Of a stretch of DNA of 64,000 bases, positions 1 through 13,942 are shown in pieces. Position 1 is the stretch's first letter, and each line of letters begins with the position of its first letter. The notes beneath the pieces are model-generated. The model had not been told where the DNA came from. It searched no databases and worked only from the letters and a program-made list of their open reading frames with translations. Made by a program: the position numbers and the translations under genes. Source of the stretch: an uncultured Methanosarcinaceae archaeon (lineage in GTDB: Archaea > Halobacteriota > Methanosarcinia > Methanosarcinales > Methanosarcinaceae); assembly GCA_963847185.1 (NCBI GenBank), contig CAWJYV010000007.1:879853-943852 (forward strand), written 5' to 3'.

Positions 1-2505
1 ATGGGGCTTATGGACACAAAACTCGGGGTTATTGACCCTGGGCTTCGCTGCAAGACCTGTTCAGGGAGAGCTGGTGAATGTCCCGGACACTTCGGGCATA
101 TTGAGCTTGTTGCCCCTGTAGTTCACGTTGGCTTCAACAAAGTGATCCGAAAGCTCCTTCGAGCAACCTGCAGGAAATGCAGCAAGATTTTGCTTGATCC
201 TGTACAGAAACAGCATTTTCTGGATCAGCTCACGGGAATAGAAGAAATCGGGCACATGCCCGATGACGTTATCAACGAAGCTTATAAGGAAGCCAGTAAA
301 GTAAAGGTCTGTCCCTACTGTAATGAAGAACAGCTGGAAATTAAATTCGAAAAGCCCACCGAATATCTTGAGAGCGGGGAAAAACTGACCCCTACCGAGA
401 TAAGGGACCGCTTCGAGAATATCCCTGATGAGGACATCAAGGTTATAGGGATGGATCCAAAGAATGCAAGGCCTGAATGGATGATCCTTACAGCCCTTCC
501 TGTGCCTCCTGTAACAGTTCGTCCCTCAATTACCCTTGAATCAGGGCAGCGCAGTGAAGACGACCTGACCCACAAGCTGGTAGATATTATAAGGATCAAC
601 CAGCGTTTCCAGGAAAACAGGGAGGCTGGCGCCCCTCAGCTCATTATTGAGGACCTCTGGGAACTTCTCCAGTATCACGTTACTACATTCTTTGATAACT
701 CTGTTTCAGGTATACCTCCTGCAAGACACAGGTCCGGCAGACCCTTAAAGACCCTTTCTCAGCGTTTAAAGGGTAAAGAAGGAAGGTTCAGAGGAAGTCT
801 GTCAGGTAAGCGTGTAAACTTCTCTGCCCGTACCGTTATTTCTCCTGATCCTAACCTGAGCATAAACGAAGTAGGGGTACCCCTGGCCATTGCACAGACG
901 CTGACAATTCCTGCGATAGTAACTCCAAGGAATATCGAACAGCTCAAAGTGTACGTGAGGAACGGAGAAGATGTGCATCCCGGAGCAAACTATGTGTTCA
1001 GGTCCGACGGCAGGCGCATAAAAGTTACCAATGTAAACAAAGACGACCTTGCTGAAAAGCTGGAATTTGGTTGGACCGTAGAACGCCAGTTAAAGGATGG
1101 AGATACAGTACTCTTTAACAGGCAGCCGTCTCTGCACAAAATGAGTATTATGGCTCACTCTGTTAAGGTGCTTCCGAACAAAACTTTCAGGCTGAACCCT
1201 GCCGTATGTCCTCCATACAACGCTGACTTTGACGGGGACGAAATGAACATGCATGCTCTGCAGACCGAAGAGTCCAGAGCTGAGGCAAAGATCCTCATGC
1301 AGGTTCAGGAAAATATTCTTTCCCCACGTTTCGGAGGACCTATTATCGGCGGGATCCACGACCACATTTCAGGGCTTTTCCTGCTGACTCGTTTAGAGAA
1401 AGATATCAGTAGCCATGATGCTTACGACATTCTCCGGAAGAGCAGTGCCCGTGTTCTGCCCACACCTGCAGGTTATGATTCTAATGGAAAACCTTACTGG
1501 ACAGGAAAACAGATTTTCAGCCAGATCCTGCCCAAAAACCTGAACACACAGTTTGCAGCGCAGGTCTGCTCGCACTGTGACACCTGCAAAAAAGAAGGGT
1601 GTCCTAACGATGCCTATGTGGTAATCCGGGACGGAGAACTCATTATGGGCACTATAGACGAAGCGGCAATCGGGGCGTTCAAAGGAAAAATCCAGGACCG
1701 CATTATCAAGGAAATTGGTCCCCAGGCCGGATCTCAGTTTATAGATGATATGACCAAGCTTGCAATTCGGGCTATCATGAGGACAGGCTTGAGTTTCGGA
1801 ATATCTGATGAAGATATCCCGAAAGAAGCCAGGATTCAGATTAATGAGGTCCTGGGAACTGCTGAAGATGCCGTGCAGAACCTTATCAAATCTTACCTGA
1901 ATAAAGAGCTTGATCCTCTTCCCGGAAGAACTCTTGATGAAACAATCGAAATGAGCATCATGCAGAAGCTCGGAAAGGCCAGAGACGACACAGGTAGAAT
2001 TGCAGACAACCACATGGGGCTTGAAAACCCGGCAGTTATTATGGCCCGTTCCGGAGCCAGAGGTTCTATTCTTAACCTTACCCAGATGGCAGCTTGTGTT
2101 GGCCAGCAGGCAGTGCGTGGTGAACGTATCCGCAGAGGATATGCAGGCAGGACTTTGCCACATTTCGAAAAAGGAGACCTCGGATCAGACGCTCACGGTT
2201 TCGTGAAGGCAAGTTACAAGAGCGGATTGAATCCAACTGAATATTTCTTCCACGCAATCGGTGGTAGGGAAGGTCTTGTGGACACTGCGGTCAGGACATC
2301 TCAGTCCGGGTACCTGCAGAGAAGACTTGTCAATGCCCTCCAGGACCTTGAAGTCCAGTATGACCTTACGGTCAGGGACACCAGAGGTGTTATTGTACAG
2401 TTTAAATATGGAGAAGACGGGATTAATCCCACAAAGAGTGACTTCAGTAAACCTGATGCAATCCACAGGATTGTTAATTCCGTAGTGAACAGGGAGGTGG
2501 CCTGA
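1..2505 (+). CDS. rpoA1: DNA-directed RNA polymerase subunit A' (Rpo1N), 5'-truncated by window edge
   Basis: Catalytic NADFDGD motif, N-terminal Zn site CKTC...CPGHFGH, GKRVNFSARTVI, bridge-helix GGREGLVDTAVRT. Stop overlaps the next start (TGATG). Confidence 0.99.
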   Translation: MGLMDTKLGVIDPGLRCKTCSGRAGECPGHFGHIELVAPVVHVGFNKVIRKLLRATCRKCSKILLDPVQKQHFLDQLTGIEEIGHMPDDVINEAYKEASKVKVCPYCNEEQLEIKFEKPTEYLESGEKLTPTEIRDRFENIPDEDIKVIGMDPKNARPEWMILTALPVPPVTVRPSITLESGQRSEDDLTHKLVDIIRINQRFQENREAGAPQLIIEDLWELLQYHVTTFFDNSVSGIPPARHRSGRPLKTLSQRLKGKEGRFRGSLSGKRVNFSARTVISPDPNLSINEVGVPLAIAQTLTIPAIVTPRNIEQLKVYVRNGEDVHPGANYVFRSDGRRIKVTNVNKDDLAEKLEFGWTVERQLKDGDTVLFNRQPSLHKMSIMAHSVKVLPNKTFRLNPAVCPPYNADFDGDEMNMHALQTEESRAEAKILMQVQENILSPRFGGPIIGGIHDHISGLFLLTRLEKDISSHDAYDILRKSSARVLPTPAGYDSNGKPYWTGKQIFSQILPKNLNTQFAAQVCSHCDTCKKEGCPNDAYVVIRDGELIMGTIDEAAIGAFKGKIQDRIIKEIGPQAGSQFIDDMTKLAIRAIMRTGLSFGISDEDIPKEARIQINEVLGTAEDAVQNLIKSYLNKELDPLPGRTLDETIEMSIMQKLGKARDDTGRIADNHMGLENPAVIMARSGARGSILNLTQMAACVGQQAVRGERIRRGYAGRTLPHFEKGDLGSDAHGFVKASYKSGLNPTEYFFHAIGGREGLVDTAVRTSQSGYLQRRLVNALQDLEVQYDLTVRDTRGVIVQFKYGEDGINPTKSDFSKPDAIHRIVNSVVNREVA

Positions 2506-3698
2506 TGAGTATTAGTGAGGCTACAATCGATAGTATGATAAAAGATCTGCCTCTTCCTTCGAATCTTCTTAAGGCTCTCAAGGAAGACGTAATCAAAGCC
2601 GGCGTAAGCAAGAAAGAAATGGAAGAAATTCTGGAAATGGTAAAGGAAGGCTATGATCTTTCATGTATCGAACCCTGTGATGCTGCTGGAGTGGTTGCAG
2701 CCCAGTCCATAGGGGAACCAGGTACTCAGATGACGATGCGTACCTTCCACTATGCCGGTGTTGCTGAAATTAACGTTACTCTCGGTCTGCCCCGTCTTAT
2801 AGAGATTGTGGATGCTCGGAAAATCCCGAGTACTCCTATGATGACAATAGCTCTTTCCAAAGAAAACAAGGAAGACTACGCTTACGACAGGGAAAAGACA
2901 AGAGCCCTTGCCTGGGAAATTGAAGCGACTAAAATAGACCATATTGCTGACGTAACTACTGATCTTTCCCAGATGAAACTGATTATCGACCTGCACGAAA
3001 AAGCTATGGAAGGCAGGAATATTACTATTGACCAGGTAAAAGAAAAGGTCAATGAAGAACTTAATGCGACGGTAACTATATCCCCTGATATAGATAACCA
3101 GATTGTCATCTCTCCAGGAGAGCCTTCTTACAGAGAGCTGCTCCAGCTTGCAAAAAGTATCCACAATGTCACCTTAAAAGGGATAGAAGGTATCAAGCGA
3201 GTTGTGGTCAGGAAGGAAGGCGAGGAGTACACCCTTTATACCGAAGGTTCAGCTCTGCGCGAAGTGCTTCAATTTGGAGGAGTGGACAAGAGCAGAACCA
3301 GCACAAACAATATCAACGAAATATACGAAGTGCTGGGAGTCGAGGCTGCAAGAAATGCAATCATCAAGGAAGCTACAGATACCCTGCGCGAACAGGGTCT
3401 TACCGTGGATATTCGGCATATAATGCTTGTGGCAGATCTCATGACCTGTGACGGAGAGGTAAAGCAGATCGGCAGGCATGGAATATCAGGTGAAAAGGCC
3501 AGTGTATTTGCTCGTGCAGCTTTCGAAGTTACTGTCAATCACCTTCTTGATGCAGGAATGCGCGGAGATGTGGATAAGTTAGAGGGTGTTACAGAAAATA
3601 TCATTGTAGGTCAGCCTATCCGCATGGGTACGGGTGATGTGCACCTTATAAGCAGAAAGGGAAAGAAAGAGGGAGCACTGGAAGTTGAAGAGGAATAA
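2505..3698 (+). CDS. rpoA2: DNA-directed RNA polymerase subunit A'' (Rpo1C)
   Basis: AAQSIGEPGTQMTMRTFH trigger-loop motif, TLGLPRLIEI, RHIMLVADLMT; GGAGGTG RBS upstream. Confidence 0.99.
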   Translation: MSISEATIDSMIKDLPLPSNLLKALKEDVIKAGVSKKEMEEILEMVKEGYDLSCIEPCDAAGVVAAQSIGEPGTQMTMRTFHYAGVAEINVTLGLPRLIEIVDARKIPSTPMMTIALSKENKEDYAYDREKTRALAWEIEATKIDHIADVTTDLSQMKLIIDLHEKAMEGRNITIDQVKEKVNEELNATVTISPDIDNQIVISPGEPSYRELLQLAKSIHNVTLKGIEGIKRVVVRKEGEEYTLYTEGSALREVLQFGGVDKSRTSTNNINEIYEVLGVEAARNAIIKEATDTLREQGLTVDIRHIMLVADLMTCDGEVKQIGRHGISGEKASVFARAAFEVTVNHLLDAGMRGDVDKLEGVTENIIVGQPIRMGTGDVHLISRKGKKEGALEVEEE

Positions 3699-3991
3699 AG
3701 TTAAGGCGAAAACCTTAACCTAACCTATAATTATTTAAATAAACAATTCGATAGAAGACCGTCTTAAGTATCCTTATAAAAGGCAATTTTTTCAGGAAGG
3801 CTTTCCGACTAAGGTATCAGATTACCTTTTTGAAGCTCATAGAATCCTGTTGCAGAAACTTGAGTCCGCGAGTCTCATAACCAGAAAATAGATATAAGGC
3901 ATCAGGTATTTAGAGTACCATAATACTCACCAGCTTGGAAATCTTTATTTGAAACTAGATAGAGTAAACGAGCTAATTTGAGACAGAGTTG

Positions 3992-4288
3992 ATGAAAATG
4001 AAGATCAATGTTGATAAATCTCTTATCAAGGCTGTGAAAACAGGAAAAGTAATTCTTGGATCTAACCGGACCGTGGATGCAGCAGCAGACGGGTCTGCAA
4101 AAATGATAGTTCTGGCGTCAAACTGCCCCCAAGATGTTAAACAGAAGGTTCAGGCAACAAACGTTCCAGTTCTGGAATACGAAGGCACCAGTGTAGAACT
4201 TGGGCCTGTATGCGGGAAACCCTTCACGATTGCAGCTATGGCGATCCTCGATGCAGGAGAATCAGATATCCTGGCAGCTACATATTAA
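3992..4288 (+). CDS. rpl30e: 50S ribosomal protein L30e
   Basis: [11 protein letters not shown] and [10 protein letters not shown] motifs; canonical position after rpoA2. Start could be 3989, 3992 or 3998. Confidence 0.97.
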   Translation: MKMKINVDKSLIKAVKTGKVILGSNRTVDAAADGSAKMIVLASNCPQDVKQKVQATNVPVLEYEGTSVELGPVCGKPFTIAAMAILDAGESDILAATY

Positions 4289-4308
4289 TAAAAGGAGTTG
4301 GCAACGTC

Positions 4309-4734
4309 TTGGGTGAAATAAGACTTACTGCAGAAAGCATCCAGTACATTGCTTTATTTGAAAATGTGACACGAGCCAAGATTCTCGACTGTATCCCCGA
4401 AGAGGAAAGGATCGTGTACGTCGTAAAACATGGTGATATGGGGCTTGCGATAGGCAAAAATGGGGAGAATGTGAACCGCGTTAAAAAAGCTCTGGATAAA
4501 CCCATAGAGCTTGTGGAGTATTCAGAGGATCCTGCCATATTTATTAAGAATGCCTTTGGACCTGTATCTGTTAGTTCGATTAACATTACAAATAAAAATG
4601 GTAAGCGGTTAGCTTATGTAGAGGTACCCAATAAAGAGAAGGGGCTTGCCATCGGACGCAACGGCAAGAACATCGAAAAGGTGAAGATGCTCGTCCGTCG
4701 CCATCATAATATCGAAGACGTAATCCTGCAGTAA
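4309..4734 (+). CDS. nusA: archaeal NusA (two KH domains)
   Basis: Two GLAIG(K/R)NG KH motifs; TTG start at 4309 after AAAGGAG RBS. The ORF-track start at 4210 overlaps rpl30e. Confidence 0.96.
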   Translation: MGEIRLTAESIQYIALFENVTRAKILDCIPEEERIVYVVKHGDMGLAIGKNGENVNRVKKALDKPIELVEYSEDPAIFIKNAFGPVSVSSINITNKNGKRLAYVEVPNKEKGLAIGRNGKNIEKVKMLVRRHHNIEDVILQ

Positions 4735-4840
4735 TCTATCATTAACTTACTTTGATCCATTATCCATTAATTCGGCGTTGAAAAATTATTCGGCATATAT
4801 TATGCCTAGGAAACTGTGATCAATTTTCAATTTGGAGTAA

Positions 4841-5841
<1,001 letters not shown>

Positions 5842-5911
5842 TCGATATGCGGGTTGCCCCGATTTATTAATTCATATATAACTAAATTACATCTGTTTAA
5901 AAGGTATCAGT

Positions 5912-8104
5912 ATGGGAAGAAGGAAGAAGATGGTCGAGCGCGTAACAACGCTCATGAACGAACCTGCAAAGATCAGGAACATCGGGATTGTTGCGCATAT
6001 TGACCACGGAAAAACTACATTATCGGACAACCTGTTAGCAGGCGCCGGCATGATTTCCAAGGAACTTGCCGGAAGACAGTTATTCATGGACTCCGACGAA
6101 GAGGAACAAGCAAGAGGTATTACTATTGATGCCTCTAACGTTTCCATGGTTCACACTTATAATAATGAAGACTATCTGATTAACCTGATAGACACTCCTG
6201 GACACGTTGACTTCGGTGGGGACGTCACCCGTGCCATGAGAGCCGTAGACGGTGCTGTTGTTGTCGTAGACGCTGTAGAAGGTACCATGCCCCAGACCGA
6301 GACTGTTCTGAGGCAGGCTCTTAGAGAACATGTCAGACCTGTGCTTTTCGTTAACAAAGTAGACAGGCTGATCAATGAGCTTCAGGTTGATTCCCAGGAA
6401 ATGCAGGTCCGTCTTGGAAAGGTCATCGACCACGTGAACAAGCTCATCAAAAACATGAACCCTGAGAAGTTCAAAGCTGGCTGGAAAGTAGATGCATCAG
6501 CCGGAACTGTAGCTTTTGGGTCAGCCCTTTACAACTGGGCAATCAGCGTACCTATGATGCAGAAGACAGGGATTTCATTTAAGGAAGTCTATGACTACTG
6601 CAAAGCCGAAGACATGAAGGCTCTGGCAGATAAATGTCCCCTGCATGCAACTGTTCTTGATATGGTAATCAGGTATCTGCCTAATCCTCTTGATGCCCAG
6701 AAGGGAAGGGTACCTGCTATCTGGCACGGAGATGCTAACACTGAAATCGGCAGATCCATGGCCAGTGCAAATGCAGCCGGTGACCTTGCTTTCATGGTAA
6801 CGGACATTTCCGTAGATCCTCATGCAGGAGAAGTCGCAACCGGAAGGTTATTCAGCGGATCTCTTACCCGTGGAATGGAAGTTTACACATCCGGGACTGC
6901 AAAAAAGAGCAGAGTCCAGCAGGTAGGTATCTTCATGGGTCCTGAAAGGCTCGAAGTGGAGAAAATCCCTGCAGGAAACATTGCTGCAGTTACGGGTTTA
7001 AAAGATGCAATCGTAGGGTCCACAGTTACAACCCTTGATGGCATGATACCTTTCGAAAGCATCAGGCACGTAAGCGAACCTGTGGTGACTGTGGCTGTAG
7101 AAGCCAAGCACACCAAAGATCTGCCCAAACTAATTGAGGTTCTCAGACAGGTTGCAAAGGAAGACCCAACTCTTCAGATTACTCTGGACGAGGAAACCGG
7201 GGAACACCTGATGGCAGGTATGGGAGAACTTCACCTGGAAGTTATCGCTCACAGGATCCAGAGAGATAAAAATGTGGAAATCACCACAAGCAAGCCGATT
7301 GTAGTTTACAGGGAAACCATTAAGAAGAAGATCGAAGCTGTTGAAGGAAAGTCTCCAAACAGACACAACAGGTTCTATATCTATGTGGAGCCCCTTGACA
7401 CTGAGATCGTCAGTGCTATTAAGGCAGGCGATATCAGCATGAATATACCTGAGCTTGAGCGCAGACAGAAACTCATGGAACTCGGAATGGAAAAGGAAGA
7501 AGCAAAAGGCATTGCCGGCATCCATACTTCCAATATCTTTATAGATCTGACCAAGGGTATCCAGTATCTGAACGAGACAATGGAACTGGTGCTTGACGGG
7601 TTTGAAGAAGTTATGAGAGCAGGTCCTCTTACAAGAGAACCGGTGGCAAACATGAAATGCGTACTCGTAGATGCAAAGCTTCACGAAGACGCAATTCATA
7701 GAGGCCCGGCTCAGGTTATTCCTGCTGCAAGGCAGGCCATTCAGGCAGGCATGCTTATGGCAGAAGACAGTCTGCTCGAACCTTATCAGAAGGTCTTTGT
7801 CCAGGTGCCCCAGCTTACAATGGGTGGTGCAACAAAGGAACTTCAGGGTCGTCGTGGAATCATCCTTAACATGACTACTGAAGGAGACCTGGCAATTATC
7901 GAGGCCAGAGTGCCTGTGGCCGAAATGTTCGGATTTGCAGGGGAAATCAGGTCCGCAACCGAAGGACGTGCTATGTGGAGTACTGAATTCGGAGGATTTG
8001 ATATTGTGCCATCTAGCATCCAGACTGAAATAGTAGGTCAGATCAGAGAGAGGAAAGGTCTCAAGAAAGATCTTCCCAAGGCTGCTGACTACCTTTCAAT
8101 GTAA
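5912..8104 (+). CDS. fusA: translation elongation factor aEF-2
   Basis: [10 protein letters not shown]-loop, [17 protein letters not shown], diphthamide loop HEDAIHRG; 730 aa. Confidence 0.99.
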   Translation: MGRRKKMVERVTTLMNEPAKIRNIGIVAHIDHGKTTLSDNLLAGAGMISKELAGRQLFMDSDEEEQARGITIDASNVSMVHTYNNEDYLINLIDTPGHVDFGGDVTRAMRAVDGAVVVVDAVEGTMPQTETVLRQALREHVRPVLFVNKVDRLINELQVDSQEMQVRLGKVIDHVNKLIKNMNPEKFKAGWKVDASAGTVAFGSALYNWAISVPMMQKTGISFKEVYDYCKAEDMKALADKCPLHATVLDMVIRYLPNPLDAQKGRVPAIWHGDANTEIGRSMASANAAGDLAFMVTDISVDPHAGEVATGRLFSGSLTRGMEVYTSGTAKKSRVQQVGIFMGPERLEVEKIPAGNIAAVTGLKDAIVGSTVTTLDGMIPFESIRHVSEPVVTVAVEAKHTKDLPKLIEVLRQVAKEDPTLQITLDEETGEHLMAGMGELHLEVIAHRIQRDKNVEITTSKPIVVYRETIKKKIEAVEGKSPNRHNRFYIYVEPLDTEIVSAIKAGDISMNIPELERRQKLMELGMEKEEAKGIAGIHTSNIFIDLTKGIQYLNETMELVLDGFEEVMRAGPLTREPVANMKCVLVDAKLHEDAIHRGPAQVIPAARQAIQAGMLMAEDSLLEPYQKVFVQVPQLTMGGATKELQGRRGIILNMTTEGDLAIIEARVPVAEMFGFAGEIRSATEGRAMWSTEFGGFDIVPSSIQTEIVGQIRERKGLKKDLPKAADYLSM

Positions 8105-8139
8105 GTGGAGTTTCTCCACTTTCCTCAATATTTTTGAGG
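8103..8139 (+). terminator. two short hairpins after fusA (candidate terminator or 3' structure)
   Basis: AAGTGGAG-TTT-CTCCACTT followed by CCTCAA-TATTT-TTGAGG. Confidence 0.45.
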
Positions 8140-8226
8140 CATCCCGTTCCCTTTGGAATAAACAAAAAGATCTCGACTGACCTGGAAGGGAGAAGAATCC
8201 CTATCGGTTCGAGGACACGGCCAATC

Positions 8227-8240
8227 GGAAAGCTTTAAGT
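8227..8240 (+). promoter_or_regulatory. candidate BRE/TATA promoter for tuf-rps10
   Basis: Purine-rich GGAAAG followed by CTTTAAGT in the 346-bp fusA-tuf gap. Confidence 0.35.
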
Positions 8241-8450
8241 TAAGGTATGCCTATATTGGGGGAAACAGTCCAGGCATCTGGATATTTATTAGAATTCCGG
8301 TTAAGAAAAAAGGCCGGAAAGGGATCTGCAATATTGATGTATAAAATGGATCTAGAAATAATTAATCAGTATTGATAATTGCCCTAATCTTAATATAGTA
8401 AATATTTGATATACGAGTTAAACTCATCCAGAATTACAGGAGAATTATAT

Positions 8451-10066
<1,616 letters not shown>

Positions 10067-10083
10067 ATGCAAAAAAAAGACAG

Positions 10084-10104
10084 GTTACAGAAACTTTCTG
10101 TAAC
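10084..10104 (+). terminator. perfect inverted repeat after rps10, followed by a T-rich tract
   Basis: GTTACAGAAA-C-TTTCTGTAAC at the end of the operon. Confidence 0.5.
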
Positions 10105-10154
10105 AGGTCTTGCAAACCTTCTTTTCACTTCTTTATTCATTTCTGCGTTTCAGA

Positions 10155-10232
10155 ATAGTTGTTCTTCTAATTTTCAATAATTCCATAGCTGTTCTTCTAA
10201 TTTTCAATGTTTCCAAATAATTGTTCTTCTAA
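10155..10232. repeat. degenerate tandem repeat, ~30-32 bp unit, ~2.6 copies
   Basis: Core TGTTCTTCTAA(TTTTCAAT) occurs three times between convergent rps10 and the DUF4139 gene. Confidence 0.8.
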
Positions 10233-10236
10233 CTCT

Positions 10237-11758
10237 TTAATAACGGCGCTCTACAGTATAAGAGATAATTTTCGTGCCATTTGCTGGAATTGCCACTTTG
10301 AATTCCATCTTAAAAGCAGCAGTTTTCTCGTAGGGATCTGAACTTTCCAGAACTTCCCATTCTCCAAAGAGATGTTCTACGACAGTCACTTTTTGAGCTT
10401 CAGATTTACTATTATTGATTTGGATCTCATAGCTGACCCTTTCCACTTTATCATTTATGCGCTGGTAATCTGTCTGGTTGCGTGTGACTGCAAGATCGAA
10501 AGCTGACCCTGTAGCAATTTTTAACTTTTCATCCTGTGGTGTATGCTCTATCCGATCTTCACCCAGGAACTGCAATTCTCCAGCATAATCGGTTTTGTAA
10601 ACTCTTACAATGCCCGCTGGAAGAGGCTCTTCCAGGCCCTGTTTCATTTGAGTTTACAAAGTCAGGAAAATCCAGATTTTCTCCCCTCTGTCACTGTCAT
10701 AGACAAGCTCCTTTTCCACAGGCACGGATTCCACAGAGAAAAGTGAAATCTGCTTTTCCTGGTTATTTTTCAGGGTTGCCGGTCTCTCCAGGATATAGAG
10801 GTGATACTCAGAGAGAGCTTCTTCGGTAAAAGGCGATGATGATTTTGTTTCCTGAACTGCAGCTTCTTCGGCACGTTCAAAAAGAGGCTGAGGCTGGGGA
10901 GATATGCGGTTTATTTCACCGGAAACAAGTTTCAGAGATGCATTCTCATAAGTAATCCCTGCCCTGTTCTCGATATTTACCCGGCCCCGGATATCGGCTT
11001 CAGTATCATTTTCATTGCTTATCAGGACATAGTCCGCTTTCCAGCTTATGCCACCCGTGAGGTAGGACACCAGAAGCTCTCGTGTCCCGGCAAGAGGAGA
11101 AGAAATCTTCCAGATGAGAGCAGGTTTTACCGAGAGTCCGGAGGAATCTGCCAGTTCGATTTTTGAAATATCCCGGATTACAATGACTCTTTCTGCTCCG
11201 GTCTTAAGGACAGCACTGTTGCCGTCATAGCTCAGCAGTGTCCCGTTATAAGTTTCGCCATCTCTTCCTGTTACGGCAATTTCCCTGCCAAAGTATTTTT
11301 CAAGCAAACTGGAATTGGTTGCAAGGTCATATTCGTAGTTCTGTTCAAGTATGGCAGTATCTCTGCTTTCCGGATCCTCCACTATAACAGAAGCAGGATT
11401 GATTCCGGAAGCAATATCAGAATACTCTACCTGATTAACCCCACTTTCCAGGTTGATTTCTCTCCTTTCCTTTACAAGTGCGAGCCCCTGTTCGTAGATA
11501 GTAACTTCAAGCCTCTTCCCGGCTGTAATCTCTCCCAGGGCCAAATTTCCCAGGATGTCTGCAGATTTTATTCTCGCACCGTTATCCTGATCTCCTGAAG
11601 TTAATCTTATCCTGACTTGAGTTAATCCTGTCCTCTTCACTTTCTGGCTCGTATTCTTGAGCCATAACTCCCATATTCTGAGGGATACTGGCTAAAAAGA
11701 GCAGTAAGATCCCGATAAATGCCAATGCAAACCAGAAGAAACGTCTCTTTACTCCCAT
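10237..11758 (-). pseudogene. secreted DUF4139-domain protein, frameshifted (pseudogene or sequence error)
   Basis: Signal peptide MGVKRRFFWFALAFIGILLLFLAS from ATG 11758; frame change near 11597; body with VTIYEQGLALVKERR, YLTGGISWKADY, PLPAGIVRVYK, LGEDRIEHTP. The premature TAA at 10654 is explicable by compensating indels (LTFVNSNETGL). Confidence 0.8.
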
Positions 11759-12018
11759 ACTGTTAATGTGATTCAGATTTATATATACGTAATTTTATTG
11801 AAATTCAGGAGAAGTTACTCAGAAAAATAATCCATTTCTCATTGCCTTCTTTAAAAAGCACTGTTTTTGTATCACTCAAAAGTTACACATAATCTGAATC
11901 AGAAAGGGAATTTATAAATGAAATTAAAAATGCAAAAATATTTATGTTGGAAAATCGACTCATAGTCGTCGATCTTCTCACAAAATAATTTCGATTAAAA
12001 TCATATGTGGAGACTAAA

Positions 12019-12591
12019 ATGAAATCAAAAAACATTACTAAAGTGTTTCTCACCCTCGTATCTCTTTTTCTTGTATGCACCTCTTCAGCTTTTGCAGAAG
12101 ACCAGGGGCAGCATCAGACAGGGATAGTTGATACGCTAAAAAATGATTTGAATAAGATCCAGTTCTACGGAGAAGTCCTGCTCTCGGGAATATCATATAA
12201 AATAAACCATTTTAGTGACGCTAACGCAGACGGCAATGTAACTGCTCAAGATGATCTGGATTTCTGGAATGACACACAAGCTCGATATCCAATATCTGAG
12301 AAGCCAGTTTTCATAAGCATGGATGGTGTTTGTGGACAGGTTTATAAATACGTCCCTGAAGGAGTAACTGAAGCCACAGTCACGGACAATTCAGGAAATG
12401 CTCTGGATTCCTACACAATCACCAAAAACGAAACAGGATTTACAATTCAAAAGGGAGCTTACAGTAACCCGGATAATAGCTACGCAATAACTCTGGATAA
12501 ATTAGAAGAACTCGATGAGATTTATGGTGATACCGGACAGGTTAAAGCCTGTGAAATGTACATAAAAGACCAGATCCAGACTCAGGCGTGA
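12019..12591 (+). CDS. secreted hypothetical protein with a dockerin/EF-hand-like Ca-binding loop
   Basis: GGAG RBS; signal peptide ending SSAFA; acidic composition; DANADGNVTAQD motif. Confidence 0.8.
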   Translation: MKSKNITKVFLTLVSLFLVCTSSAFAEDQGQHQTGIVDTLKNDLNKIQFYGEVLLSGISYKINHFSDANADGNVTAQDDLDFWNDTQARYPISEKPVFISMDGVCGQVYKYVPEGVTEATVTDNSGNALDSYTITKNETGFTIQKGAYSNPDNSYAITLDKLEELDEIYGDTGQVKACEMYIKDQIQTQA

Positions 12592-12683
12592 GATTTAATT
12601 CTAATTTCTTTTTTTCATTCCCTTTTCGTAAATTCTTTTAGTCTTAGATCCTCAAGTTGACTTCGAACTTACAGATAGTTTAT

Positions 12684-12813
12684 GAGCTCATCCCAAAACT
12701 TAATTCGCGTCTCTGAATCTTGAATTTGGTACGACCAATCGAGTTGCTAATCATGAAAAATGTTTCTGAAGCTTTTATTGATGTGAGAATAAAATTAGTT
12801 TTGGGATGAGCTC
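12684..12813. mobile_element. MITE, 130 bp
   Basis: Perfect 17-bp terminal inverted repeats GAGCTCATCCCAAAACT / AGTTTTGGGATGAGCTC; TAT on both flanks (candidate 3-bp target duplication); no ORF. Confidence 0.9.
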
Positions 12814-12889
12814 TATATCTTTTTTTAATAGCTCTTGTCTATATAGGACTTATGTGATTTTCCTAAAAAATCAAAATATCAAACGAGAC

Positions 12890-13525
12890 TTATACATTTG
12901 AGATAGCAATGGCTATAAAATATTTTTTCAACCCATTCCCGTTGGTTTCCCACTTAATTAACGTAAACCCGCACTTTTCAAGCAATTCTTGCATTTCTTT
13001 TTGGGAATAAATCCTAACATCCCCGCTCTTGCTGAACTTTATTACTAAATTTAGAATAAACCTCAATAGGTTGTTAGGAGTAAATGGGTCTGCTATCATC
13101 AGAATTCCGTCTGGCTTCAGAACACGTTTTATTTCCTTCAAGACAAGCTCAGGACTGGGATAATGATGAAAGGAGGCGTTGCAGGTAACAATATCAAAAG
13201 ACTCGTTATTCCAGGGCAAATGCTCAGAGTCTCCAACTTTTAGATCAGCTTTATCATCTAAAAGTTCCTTGCTTTTTTCTATCATTTTGAGTGATATATC
13301 AATTCCAGATACTGCTACATCGAATTTGTTCAAAACCATTGACAAAAATGTGCCGTTTCCGCATCCAACATCCAATAATGTATTAACATTTTTGCCACCT
13401 AATTCTTTTATCAATGCACAATGCATTGGCTCAGTATATTTACCTAATATGTTAGAATAATCCGAAGACATTTCATTAAAATAATTTTTAGATCTCTCTT
13501 TATACTCTTGAGGATTATGCTTCAA
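12890..13525 (-). CDS. class I SAM-dependent methyltransferase (UbiE-like)
   Basis: LLDVGCGNG motif I, GIDIS, LPWNNESFDIV, EIKRVLKPDG. Confidence 0.92.
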   Translation of the reverse strand: MKHNPQEYKERSKNYFNEMSSDYSNILGKYTEPMHCALIKELGGKNVNTLLDVGCGNGTFLSMVLNKFDVAVSGIDISLKMIEKSKELLDDKADLKVGDSEHLPWNNESFDIVTCNASFHHYPSPELVLKEIKRVLKPDGILMIADPFTPNNLLRFILNLVIKFSKSGDVRIYSQKEMQELLEKCGFTLIKWETNGNGLKKYFIAIAISNV

Positions 13526-13942
13526 GATTATACCCTCTTTAGCTGATTCTTTTTATCGAGCTTATCATAAGATCATTAAAGTCTTGGTTTCAGTATTAAT
13601 TAACTTTTATTATATTCTATTTTTAGAAGTAAGAAATCTTCCGCGTGGAGTTTTGATACAATAAACGGGAGGCTCTATAATTATAAGTTGAGAAATTTCA
13701 ATTCCGTCGTGGTTCCAAAAGTGGATATTAGTAGTTAGACAAATTGAAGTTACAGTATATAGATCAACCGTACCTGCGGTAGCTTTGGTTTAAAAGACTT
13801 AAAAGTAAAATATTTCGGGATAAGACACACTACAAAACTAAAAAATAGCTCACAGGCGCTATAATGTGTCTTTGACACTTATACTGCACTGTCCGAAAAA
13901 AATGTAATAAAGGATGAAGAATTAAAGGACGAAGAATTGATT

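Noticed and set aside
10067-10236. Possible tRNA after rps10, as found in some archaea
   Set aside because: No cloverleaf or GTTCRA T-loop seen; only a hairpin and a degenerate tandem repeat.
13695-13720. ATTTCAATTCCGTCGTGGTTCC, resembling the start of a CRISPR repeat
   Set aside because: Single occurrence with no second copy at repeat-spacer distance.
13860-13891. CAGTGCAGTATAAGTGTCAAAGACAC (minus strand), resembling an IS terminus
   Set aside because: No partner inverted repeat or transposase remnant found, so it cannot be supported.
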